Shown here piece after piece: positions 48,954 to 61,017 of a stretch of DNA of 64,000 nt (the stretch's first letter is position 1; each line of letters begins with the position of its first letter). The translations under genes and the position numbers were made by a program. The notes under the pieces were generated by a model that did not search any database, had not been told where the DNA came from, and saw only the letters and a list, made by a program, of their open reading frames with translations. Origin of the DNA: Cystobasidiomycetes sp. EMM_F5. Lineage: Eukaryota. The stretch spans positions 248,001-312,000 of the forward strand of contig JBPGPT010000010.1 of assembly GCA_051047955.1 (NCBI GenBank), in the 5' to 3' direction.

Positions 48954-50863
48954 TCATGCTGCTGCCTCCAGATCTGTATCGCGCTTCTTCAGCTCCAGCG
49001 GGGCCTTCATGCATCTCAGCCAGACATCCTTGACGTCATCGGTGACCGTCTCAAAGTGCGAAGTCGCGTCGTACGACCGCGTAATGTAGACATTGTCCCT
49101 CGTACCACTCGAGGCGGGCGCGTAAATGGGATCAATGGATACAAACCTGCGGAAAGTGTCAGAATATGAATTACAGTATGTTCAAAGCGATGTAAAAGCG
49201 TAAGCAGTACGTACTTGTCGAGAATGGGGCCCAGTAGCTGGAGACCAGGTTGGATCTCCTGATGTGGCGCGTTCGTCTCCACAACGGTCGAGACAATGGC
49301 AACGTACATGTCCTTCGGGCAGACATTGTGCTGAGCAGACACTGCAGCAATGTAAATGTCGTGTTTTCGTCCGACCTGGTTCTGTGGAATGATAATTTGA
49401 ACAGAGTTGGAGTCGTCTGTGTTGGGAATAGGATGCTTGAGGAAGCAGATTGCTCGAACGACCTTGCCTTCCTCTATCACTCTCTCCTGCTTTGAATCCA
49501 AAAAGTACGATGGGTCGCCGATGACCATCGTCGCCTTTACAGTCTCGTCGCCTGATCGTACCCCTTCAAACTTGCCATCTGCATCATAGACAATCTCGTC
49601 GACTTGCTTGTCGAGCATGTATGTACCGCCGTAGATGGCTGACAATCGAGCAAAGCCTTGCGGCAACTCGCCTAGGCCATACAGTGGGTAAATGTAAGGA
49701 GACTTGCCATATCGGAGCATGGAAGACGTATAGAGGACGATGCGATTGTAGGTTTCGCGAGCCGGTGCCCGCTTGTAAGCGTCATCTAAATGCAGAGCCA
49801 TCGCATGTCCGATAAAGTCTTGAGTGCCAACTTCCAAGCCAAACTTGGTGTACACCTCTTGCATACTTGTCTTGTCGAGATTTACACCCTGATGCGTAGA
49901 CGGGTTGCCGTCTTGGTAGTCTGGCATGCAATATTAGCCAAAGAAAGCAGGACAAACCGACAAGAGACCGTACTCTGCACCCAAGAAAAGAAGTTCTTTG
50001 CCCGACGCTTCTCAAACAAGCCCATGAGAGGTGACCGGACAGCTTCCATCTCTGTACTTGGGACTTTGGAAATCCTGCCATCTCTGTAGACGTACGAACC
50101 CGCAATCTGCTTGTATTCCATATAACGAGTAACGTCGGTATGAATGAGCATCTTGACGAGCTCTCCGTTAGCCATCATGAACTTCGGGACGAGATCAATA
50201 GCAAAATCGCGGTCTCTGCCGAGATCTTTGGGGACTTCTGCACCAGGTCGGAATTTGCCGTATAACTGCGTGAGATTCAAAGAGGCTGATGCTGCGCCAT
50301 AGTAGTTGTTTCTGCCCACAGCCGTAGTCGTCAGCGGACTTATCAGACAGGCTAATATTGCAGGTTGTCAACGCACCTGTCCATGTGAAGCACTTTCTTG
50401 CCCTCGACGCTGAGCAGGCCGGATAGAATGCATTCTGAGGCAGAGCGTCAGTATGCTCAACGACTGAAACAGTAATTGTGCGTCTGATGCGGCCGGCCGT
50501 CGCGATGCCGCAGGGGTGCGCAGTATTGGCCGTGATAGACACCGACATGGAATATTTTTGTCCTGTCGTACATGTATACCTGATGCGTTTCCGCACTGGA
50601 AAGCTGGCAATTGATGATAGTCTCCCCTTGTGCATGAAATGCGCGCAGCCTATCGATGTCCTGAGCGGCCGCGATACGACTTGCACTACGCGAGCCCCGA
50701 GTAGCAAGAAGAGTGCGACTAACCTGTCAAGCCAGTGCCTGCAGTACGCGATTCGCAGTCAGCCAGTGCAGCGACTTCGACAGCGGCACGTCACCCGATA
50801 CCGCTGCAGCAACGAGGGTGAAGGCTGCGCACCGAGTACGATTGCATCGTAGGATTCATCCAT
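48954..50863 (-). CDS. GDI1: Rab GDP-dissociation inhibitor
   Basis: MDESYDAIVLG|TGLTE|CILSGLLSVEGKKVLHMDR|NNYYG; DLVPKF; YPLYGLGELPQGFARLSAIYGGTYML; SYDATSHFET; 15-nt microexon at 50724-50738. Confidence 0.96.
50474..50680 (-). ncRNA. Candidate intronic box H/ACA snoRNA
   Basis: Lies within 289-nt GDI1 intron 2: GTCGTA/TACGAC-closed 5' domain, ANANNA hinge, 3' hairpin with internal pocket, then ACA. Confidence 0.55.
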
Positions 50864-51725
50864 GGTTGGTATTCAGGTGCTGAGGATCTTAATGTTGTCG
50901 GGGCTGACAGGATGGCGAGGTTGAAACGCAGTTCACGTTGTCAAGCCCTGCCGCCACCTTGAGCAGGATCAACTCCGACTGAACATTTGCACGGAAGCTT
51001 TACTGGCAGCGGTACATGTATTTATACGTAATGACCTAGCAGCAACGCTACTTTCGAATTGCAAAGTTTCTGACGGGCATTTGGTTTCAATACGTACGCT
51101 TACTTACTGCCTTGAAAGTATACTGTGTTTATTAGTACAGCAAGAGGAACACATTCGCAGTGTCGGGATGTCTCTTTACTTACCATGCTGTTTGCACGCC
51201 TGGAGACCTCAAATCATCAGCATAGCTAAACAGCTTATTCGCGTCAACGTCTCAGAATTGATATTTCCAGTCCGAGAATTGACCGCGTGTAGCGGGCTCT
51301 AAGGGAGGTAGTAATGCCACCCTTCTGCTTGCTTGCGGACAGCAGGTCTAGGCAGTGTACCTCTGGGTGATATTCGTCGTGGATCGCTGATTCGAAAGGC
51401 TGGGTGGTTGGCTGAAGCAAGTCAGGTCGGGTACCCGAACTCGACTATGCAGGCTTGGAGTCTTGTCTCGAGTCAGTGTCATTAGATGAAGCCTCTGATG
51501 TCGCCGGAAGTGTTAGAGCGTCATGTAAGTGAGTGAGGGAGAGCGTCAGTCTGGACGCAACGAGGACAGCAAGGCGCTGGTTTGCAGGAAGGATAGGAAT
51601 CAGATATTGTCGAAGAATTAACAAGGCTGAAGCCGGTCCTGTTGGCCGTAGAACTCGTTGTGGGAAGATGGCAACTAAGGCCGGCCTTTGCCAATTGCTT
51701 GGATTTATACTCATCAGTGCACACG

Positions 51726-53317
51726 ATGAGCGGAGTATTTGCTGGCAACCAGTGGACGACAGCCAGTGGCAGCACCTGGAGCGTCATCATCGAGCCGACC
51801 TTTGTGTCACAGGTGAGTTGTAGTATTGCAGAGCCCGTCTCTGAAGAATTTCAGAGTTCTGATGTCGACAATTCACAGGTCGCTGAGCTCGCAAACCATC
51901 TGGCACTCGCCTCGCAAGATGCTCGTACAGCAAGCGAAGGAATCGTAGAGCACGCGCAAGCGGCCGGAGATGCTAGACCGGCTCAGCAAAAAGTGGTCGA
52001 CGAGATTCTGCAACTGGCATCGGAACGGGGTGTAAACCAGGGCGCAGAAGCTCGTGGTGAGCCGATAGAAGGCTTTTGAAGGTGTAAACGAAGGCTAAAG
52101 TCGTCGCCGATGCAGATATCCAGGGTTTCAGCAACCTAGCCCTCGTTTTGATAAACTCGACTTTTCAGGATCACAACGACAGAAATACAAGAGTGCAAGC
52201 ATTGGCGTCTGCTGTTGCGAAAGGGCAAAGCAACGAAGTTCCAACTACCGCTTTTGCCCGATATGCGTCGTTCGTAGACAAATCATGCGTTCAGTCCGTA
52301 CTTTTACTGAATTGCGTTGGTTTCTCATACAGCCTTTCTTCTCTCCTCAATTCACTTCCAGCTACTGCTCCTGCATCTTTGAGATCTTCGCTCTTGTTAC
52401 GACTTGTCCAATCCGCATGTGCCCGAGGAGACACGTCCGTCCTGTCCTCGGCGCTCACCACAGCACCACAATGGTTCAAGAAGGAGTGGCAATTTGCGTC
52501 CTCTACGGATGCAGATGCTGCTATCGGCGATATTGTGCAAGCGTTGGAAGGTGTGGATGCCAACGAGTCTGTGCGAAGACTTCTGTTATCCTACTGCGAT
52601 GCCAACACTTCCGATTCTCTCAAGCATAAATTGCTTCAATACACCCTGGCGAGTACCAGTCAAGACTCGTACGACCTTCAAAGCCTGCCGTCTTCCTCAT
52701 CCAATCAACAACTTGCTCAAATACAGAAAATATTCATCTCTGGAAGTATAGCCGATCTCGATAGTTTCCTTGGCCAAAACACCGACCTGACAAAACCGCT
52801 CAAGGCGGAATCTTTGCGGGAGAAGCTACAATACGTAATCCTGGCAGACTTTTGTGCAGGCAAAATCGGAGAGTCCGTTTCGTATGATGAAATCGCCAAC
52901 GCTGTCGGCTTGAAGTCATCAGACGATGAGGAGGAAAGAGCTATGGAAGTGGAGTCTTGGGTAATAGCCAGTACGTACCTATTTCACCTATTGTGGCATT
53001 TCAAGCTAATACCAGACGTTGCAGCCATTCGCGCCAAGCTGCTTGCCGCACGTCTACACCAACCGAGTTCTACAATTAGCGTGCTGCGTGCTTCTCCACG
53101 GACATTCGGCACTGAACAATGGCAGACTCTGCAATCAAGACTAGAGTCTTGGAAATCCAGCATCGCCAGTATCATGGATGTTGTCCACCGAGCTGTCGGA
53201 CCGAACGCAGCGGGACAACGAGGACCGCAATCGCAAAACAATCGCGAAGATACTTCGGCGCCTACGCACGCTGGTGCCAGCAATGAAAATGAGAGCGCTG
53301 CTATAGAAGTAGCTTAG
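51726..53317 (+). CDS. EIF3M: Translation initiation factor 3 subunit M (PCI domain)
   Basis: VSYDEIANA...EVESWVI|AAIRAKLL...RTFGTEQWQTLQSRLESWK, matching the eIF3m C-terminal PCI region. Confidence 0.85.
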
Positions 53318-53567
53318 CCTTCTTGCGCGAGCCGTACATTTCAAAACACTCACGCTGTTATCGAAGTGAGACAATGATCAAGCCGGGGAGACATTTGCAG
53401 TTGCTTGTTGTAGACTAGGCAGTGGTAAAGGATCTTCCGTCTAACTCGTAGGCCATGTTTGCATTGCTTTCCGATCGATCCTACTTGCCAGACATCACCA
53501 AAGCAAGTTTTTCGTTCGCCTCAGTTCAGCGACATCACGCAAGGTTTATACCGCCAACGAGGAAATC

Positions 53568-55357
53568 ATGGCCAACAATCGCTCGAAATCACTGTTTCGT
53601 GGGCCAAACGTCAAGCATTTCGCACTGGTCCATCGAAGTCTGCGAGATCCCTTGATAAATGACCCAGAAGCGAGCGACAGAATTTTGTCTGAGGTGCAGC
53701 GAGGCAGTTCAAGCAAAACCAAGGTGAGCAAGACAAGCTTTAAGAGCGCATTCAAGCTGTTGCTGATTGAATTGTTCTCTTTTGCATACTGCAGGGCCGG
53801 TCAAAGCAAGACTTGGAAGACCTACTTGGGCCAGATGCTGTGGCTGGCTTGCGTGCTAACGAAGGAGAAGCAGCACTCTATGGCGTACACTACGATGACA
53901 CAGAATACGACTACATGCAGCATCTGCGGCCAATCGGGGGATCAGGCGATGATGGTATAATAGGCCATTTAGTCGAAGCGCCTCGGCGGAATGATGGGAA
54001 AGGCAAGGGAAAGGCGAGACAACGAGATGATCTGGCTATACGACTGCGTGAGGAAGGAGATCGTGCTGCCGACATTTATGGGCAGCAGTCGTATCGGGAA
54101 TATCTCGAAAATACAGTGCAGGAAGAGGGACTCAAGCCAGATATGGATCCTGCTCTGCGAGAAGTATTAGAGGCTCTAGAGGATGATGCGTACGTGGAAG
54201 AGACAGGCTCTACGGACGGTGACGGTGGAGACTTCATGGACAACTTGCTGAACGGGACAAGCGGGGACTATCGAGATTCCGAGCCGTTCGACGACGACGA
54301 GGAGGATTATGAAGAAGAGAATGATGACCCGTCTTCAGCGTATGCCTCTCAAGTGGCCAAATACAAAGCGAAACGACCCACAAATTCGGACTCCGATGAC
54401 GATTACGATGATGAGGACAGAGACACACTCACAAACCTGCGGCCGTCCATGCAGAGTCATTTGCCTCGGCGAGCAACAGGCCCTAACAGTATGGCCTCTT
54501 CATCTGCCTTTTCCATGTCATCCTCGTCTATGTTTAGGAACGAAGGCTTGCGCACCCTAGACGATCGTTTCGACCAGGTCGAAGCCATGTATGCCGATTC
54601 CGACGACGACGATGATACTGAGGAGGATGCGGAATTACCGGAGGAAGTCAACGACATGTTTGACGAGTTCCTCGAGAAATATGCCATTGTTGGCAAGAAG
54701 ATGGTAACGGCCATAACGAGAGATACCGCGGATCCCCTCGACGAACTTCGAACAGATGTCGCCAAGCTACAGATCCTTGAAACAGTCAAGAGGCAGAATC
54801 GAGAAGCGCGCAAGCCGAATGCCAATGATATGGTCGACTTGCCGTGGCCAGAAGACATTCGTGACAGACAGAACAAGTGGGACTGTGAGACAATACTGAG
54901 CACATATTCGAATCTCGAGAATCACCCTCGAATCTTGAGTATCCGAAAGACTCTAGATAGTGATAATGGCAGTTCGGCGCCCGCTCTCAAGAAAAGGAAA
55001 CCTATCAATAAAATTGCAATAGACCCTAGAACCGGTTTCCCGATCTCAGTTGCGCCGGATTCATTTGAAGAAACGAAAGAAAATGGCAACGATAGCGATA
55101 CCACGATGGGCGAAGAATCTGCACCACGGCAACAAGCCGTAGGTAGGTCTCGCAACGAGACACCCGAAGAGAAACGGGCGCGAAAAGCGGAAGTGAAGGC
55201 CGAGCGTCAGGCAAGACGGCAGGAGAAGTCTGCTACCAGACAAACCTTCGGCACGGAGCGCAAGCGGCAACTGAAAGGGCAGGCTGGGAAGTTGGGTCAA
55301 GCAGCTGACGTGGCCAAGGGTAACACACGCGGAATTGAGGTCATCAGGTTGTCATAA
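53568..55357 (+). CDS. LTV1: 40S biogenesis factor Ltv1
   Basis: HFALVHRSLRDPL; GEAALYGVHYDDTEYDYMQHL; LDDRFDQVE; WDCETILSTYSNLENHPR. Confidence 0.93.
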
Positions 55358-55488
55358 GTAGTTTTGCTGCGAGTGATCGAAGGCTGTCATGCTTCATGTT
55401 GTTGTCTGCTATCAGGCTGATGCGACGAAATCCTGCAAATTTTGATACAACAGCATCCAAAGACTTGATTATGGTCGGGACTACTTCA

Positions 55489-58400
55489 TTAGATTGAACT
55501 ACGCCTGATCGGCTTCGCTGCGTCAGGCCTGCTGGACTTGCCTTCCGGTCCAGTTTGCGCTCCGCCTGCATCAACCATGCCGCTGGGTATCTTGCCCTCC
55601 TTCTTCCACTGCGATATCAACTTCTTCGCCGCCGTATATCCCGCTAACTCGATCTCCGCAAACTTGTTAAATTGCATGGTCCCGTATTGCTCCACCGGCA
55701 TTCGCATATAAAGAACACCCGGCGTCGCTTTGGCTTCTTCCAAGGTCTTGACACTCGAGACGTATGTCAGACGACTTTGAATCTCCGTGATGCTCGGTAT
55801 ACTCCTCGTATAGCTCCAGGGATTCCATCTGTTGAGCAAGACCCACCATCCGCTGACAGTCTCGCCGAACTCCCGGGCAGACGTGTCGTCGATTGATCCT
55901 ACATCAATAGCGAAGACGGAATTTGCGCCCATTGCAAGCATAACGGAGACTGGCAGATTGTCCGTATACCCGCCGTCCACTAGCATCTGACCTTCGTCCG
56001 ACAATGGAGGCAGCAGACCAATCAAAGTCATTGATGCCCGAATATATCTCCACGCGTAGCCGGTAGTGTGAATATCCATTCGCGAATGAGTGATGTTAGT
56101 CGTGTTGCAGAAAAAGTTCAGCCACATGTCCTGTCATCTGGGGTTCAGCGGCTGACATAACCGTAACATGTCTCAGGCCCTCACCTCAATATGGTAGTCG
56201 TAAAATGATTTGTATATGCCCCTGTTGAACTCATGTCCAGTGGTGTATGCCGTGATCGGGTAAGTCACATCCGACAGAATACGCCACAGGCTGGACATTC
56301 GTCCGCTGAAACGTCTAGCGCGACCCAGCGTCGAAACCAGATCACCTTCGCGCGCGTAGAGACCACCAATAAAGCTTCCTATGCTCGTCCCGCCAATCCT
56401 TTGCACATACGCCTTGAGCTTCAATCCTAATCGGAAGCATGGATGTACTCACATGTCTACAGGAATCCCTTCTTCGAGGAACGCCCTCAGCACACCAACA
56501 TGCGACAGACCTCTTGCTCCTCCACCGCCCATGACTACGCCGATAGATTTTCCGCACAAGCGTCTGGCAAGACGGGAGAAGTCGCTCATTATGCTAATCC
56601 TGTGCGGTGTGGGCGTGCTCGCCCCACTGCGTCGGTATTTGCCAATCTGCACTTGTACTTTATCCTTAAATTGCTTCAGTGCAGCAACTGGTGCAAGATC
56701 GGGTGTGAAGGCCTGTACACGATGGGGCGGAACTCCTGGCAATTCGCAGTGAGACCATGCGTGTATCCACGGTCTCGCTTGTAGCCATGGCCGGGTTGCG
56801 CCAGGGGGGACGCCTCTCTCGCTGTGCAGCAGAACCAACTCTTTCCTTGCTGTCGTCTTCATGCCTACAAGAAGCCGTTCGTACTCGCCGATGGCAGGAT
56901 CGGCAGCTGCGTGCGCTACTAGGAGTATGCAATCGGCCTGAAGTAGCTAAGCTTCAGCACAGTCTATCAGGACAGACACGAAATACTCACCTGTCGAATA
57001 CACGTTTGGGTCCATGGCGAGGCCACAGGAGTGTCCGCGACATACAGTACGATGCGATACTTTTGCTCCGTCTCGGCAAGCCAGCCAGCTAATTTTAATT
57101 TACCAATCTTGCTGAATGCATGTCTGCCTTGTACGTGCATGATGGTCGCCTGATTGAGGTACGACGTTGGTGCGCCAATCAATTCCAGTGAATGCTTCAA
57201 GCGCGTCGCGAACTCCGTTACTGGAATCTGGTATGTGACTGGAATAATTGCTACAGTCTTTAGATTGAAGTTCGGTTGACCAATTTCTGTTCCCTTGCTG
57301 AGCAAATTGGTGGTCCTGCTGGACTCGATTTGCTGTCGGACTCTCTGGCCAATGACGCGGGAGATCTGTAGAGTGATAGAGGGATAAACTTCCGAAATTG
57401 CATTAAAAAGTGCCATCGGCATTCTTGTGAGTTCGGAGTCTCTGATTGCATGCAGCGTCGACGGTCGCGACATCGCGGCGATGCAGTCGACTGCAGAGAT
57501 ATGAGTACAAAGTCAGGCAGCATGAGGGGATTCGACTCACGCTCTCCAACGCTATCGCCCTGACCATATTCGGCCAGTATATCAATACCACTGGTTCCTT
57601 CCTTCTCTGCGATTGACCTCAAGCGTCCTTGATTTACGAAATAAAAGCTATCTGCCTTTTCCCCTTGCCGATATATCACTTGCCCAGCGCTGACTTGTAG
57701 CCATTCCAGCGCTGAATCGATATGGACGACGAGCGGAGGTAACAAGCTGATGAGCCGTTTCGCCAAGGTGAGCAATACAATTGGCTGGCGATCCATGATG
57801 CGTTCTAGTGCCTTCGCGGGCAGGAAGCCAACGTAAACGTCTGTCTTTGCGACAATATCGACGTACGATGGGAAACCAGACAGCGAAGATAGATATCCCG
57901 CGATACCTCCAGGCTTCACGCTAAAGAGGATCTTGGGTCTCTTGTGAGATGTTTCCGGCGGGGTCGTTGCTGTTGGCTTGTTACGCTGACTCTGACGAGA
58001 GGCGGCCCGTGACATTGCGGCAGCTTTCGCCCCTGCAGTAGCAGCCGTTGGAAGAGTGCTATGCGGCAACGAGTCGACTCGTTGTGCAGGCTCGCTGTTG
58101 GTCTTCGCCTTTCCGATACCTCCAACATGACCATCGGGCATCATGACATCCAGCCAGCCATCTATGACAAAGAACAAGCCTGGACCTCGTTCTCCCGCTT
58201 TGGCGAGCACGCTTTCGCGGGGAAAGTAGAGAATCTCCGTCTCGTTCTCGATATCAGAGGTATCTACAGCGTGTCCAGTCATACTGGACCCTGTCATTGA
58301 CGATGTGTCATCCCGCATTTGCAGTCCGAGATAGCTCAAGGAGCCAAAGGAATTGCCAAAGACGGCTCGCTTGAGCGACGAGTCGCGGTCGGCAGCGTGG

Positions 58401-60732
58401 AGAACAGGAGATGCCTCTAGAGACGGCGGAACACTGACCGTGGACTGAATCAACCCGATGCTCTTCGAAATGCAAGTCATCACTGCATCACGGAGATCGA
58501 ATGCATCAGCTGGTCCGAGGGCAAACGAGGATCGCGAGCTGAGCCTGGGCGCGGGCCTCGTGAGCGACACATCGTCAATGAGCGGCAAAGCCATGGTGGA
58601 TCTTTCCGGTGACGTAGAGAGGTTGATGGAGGCTTCGTCGATGGTAGTCATGCTGAGCAGATCGCCAACGTTTCGGCTGATGCGATGGCTGCTCAGGGTT
58701 CGGGTAGGATCCCTAGCGCGAGGTACAGGAGACCCAGCGAAGGATGAAGCTAGAGGAGACGTTGAAGTACGTGAAGGTGATGTCCCAAACATGCCGATCG
58801 AGGTGTCGGGCAGCGGCTTGTCCTGGGTCTTCAGACTACCGGATGATGTTTTGAGCTTGAGCCTCACGGCTTCTGGGCCAAAGTCAGCATGCGATTCAAA
58901 GTACATGTTCTTGCCCATTCGCGGGCCCATATACGGTGTAACGGCCGGAAAGCTGGATTTCCGTTTCTCTGCGCTGAAGTAATCGGTCGACGGATCTTCA
59001 GAGCTGAAATCCGCAGCTTTGGTTTCTGGCAGAAACCGCTGTCTCAAGCGGGCAATCCCACCTGATTCGTAAAACTCTGCTGGTAACGGATAATTTGCCA
59101 GCTCGTTGATGGCCTTTTCCGTCTTTATGAGTTCCTTTGTGAGACCGAGATACTCGTGAGCGGTCAAGAAGGTTACGCGATGCAGCCGAGTCAGAATGAC
59201 CTGTACAATGTGAGCGGACGCCTTTGGGAACTTTTTAGTGAGGCGTTTGAAGGCTTCAGCGGGTATCACGGCGAGAGTAGCATCGACCTTGGCTCGAGCG
59301 ATGGTGGTCTCGAGCGGAGGTGGCAGTCTTGCGTGCCTTGCGTCCGGTACTTCGGTCTGTAACGAGTCTCTGCGACCATCCCTGCCGACTCTCTCGAAGC
59401 CGTTGGTATAGGGCCCGTTGGAGTCGACTTTGGCTGTATTGCCATGGTGTGAGGGTGTATTGCTCACATCAAAGTCATCATCATCAACAGCTGTGTTCAT
59501 GTTGTATGGCAGACTGCCGCTATCCAACTGCGAGGGGGGAAATGCGTCGCGCTCGATATTCGGAGTGCTTCGCCCGCTTGCTGATCGACTAGATGCCGTA
59601 GAGAAGGAGTTTCTGAGCTGGCTCGGGACTCTGTTTGACTGCGGTGAAGCAGCCTGTCTCATTGTCTGTTTCACTTTTGCAGCTTGCAGGTGCGAAGTTG
59701 GACTAGGTCTTCGTTGTCGAGGTAGAACAGACTGCTGCGCGTGGTCCAGCTGTAGTGAGGGAATAGTTGCGTGTGTGTCGTTTGACATTGCATGTCGCCG
59801 AGAGTCTCGTGAAGAGCCATCTGATGTGTCCGCTGCCTCCTCGTAGCGCAGCCGTACATCTTCTGTAAAGAGGCGGAGAATCGTAAAGAGACTGCTCAGT
59901 GTCCCGCCGCTCTCCACTTCATTCAACAGCTGGAAACCATTATGATCATCCTCGTCATCCTCTTGGTCTCCAAATACATCTCTGTTCTGACCAGGCGCGA
60001 GCGGTTTGATTTGTGCAAAGACTTGCATACTCCCGTCGACGACGACATAGAAATCGGAAGAATCGAGCGACAGAGTATCTCCAGCTATCAGTCTGCGGGT
60101 TTGTAGGTGCCTTGCAAGCTCGTGAAAGACTGGTTTCTCCAGATAGCCAAAGACTTTTATTGCCGATACTGCGGCGTATGTCAGAGTAGTATTAAAAGTA
60201 GCGATGCCGCTTGAGACTTACAGAACTCATCGAGGTAATTGTTGATTCCGCCAGTATTGGGTTCAACCGCAACATCTGGGTGCAGATCAAGCTTCTCGTC
60301 TGTTCGCAGTGGGGTCTCTCGAAGCTTAGTGTACTTGTTTAGGTATCTGACTTTGATAGTCCACGAGATAGCTAGCGAGAGTGCGACAAAGAGCAGGAAT
60401 AGCTTGTGAGAAGGGCTCCGTCAGGTTGTGATTGCTTTTGTAAGATGCGCCGAATCTACCTTGACAGCATTGAATTCGAGCGAAATGACCCCGCCCCACG
60501 ACAGCACGGCAATCGTCCATTTGGGTATATAGTACGTCACCAATGCAACTATCCAGAACGCAATCCGGTAGCACGAAGCTATAACCCATCCGACGAATGC
60601 AATGGTCGGCGAGACTGTGAATCCGCCTGTTGCCGTTGCTGCCCTGCCTGCCGCTAATGCTTTATCTAATGATGGGAGGTGTGGAGCGGCATCGTGGGCA
60701 GCTTCTGTCACGGCAGACAGCGCTTCGTCCAT
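55489..60732 (-). CDS. NTE1: Lysophospholipase Nte1 (neuropathy target esterase / PNPLA6-7 family)
   Basis: N-terminal TM segments; cNMP-binding-like domains; patatin motifs GGGGARG, GTSIG, LVDGGY. Confidence 0.94.
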
Positions 60733-61017
60733 TCTTGAAATGACGACCAAAGTTGACGTTCATCAAATAATCTTCACAAGTGCATCAGTGCTCGCTGTAA
60801 GGGAAAGTGAGTGGACATGGTGGACAGAGTTGCAGGCCTGTGAAGGTTAGATAAGTGACGTAAAGGCAAGACTAAACTTTCAGCTTGACGTTGATCAACG
60901 CGTAAATTGCAAGAATGCATACGACTACCAAACTGCTGTAACGGGGCCTATGCGAATGAGCCTTTCGGATGGGCCATATCGCAGCAGGCCAATGCCAGTG
61001 CTGCCAGCTCCGTAACC

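Noticed and set aside
50545..50556. ATATTCCA on the (-) strand resembling the snR30/U17 m1 motif
   Set aside because: It lies in the hinge rather than the 3' hairpin loop, and there is no AAACCAU m2 motif before the ACA.
50611..50664. TGATGA...CTGA (C/D-box-like) on the + strand
   Set aside because: Antisense to the host gene, only about 50 nt long, and without a terminal stem.
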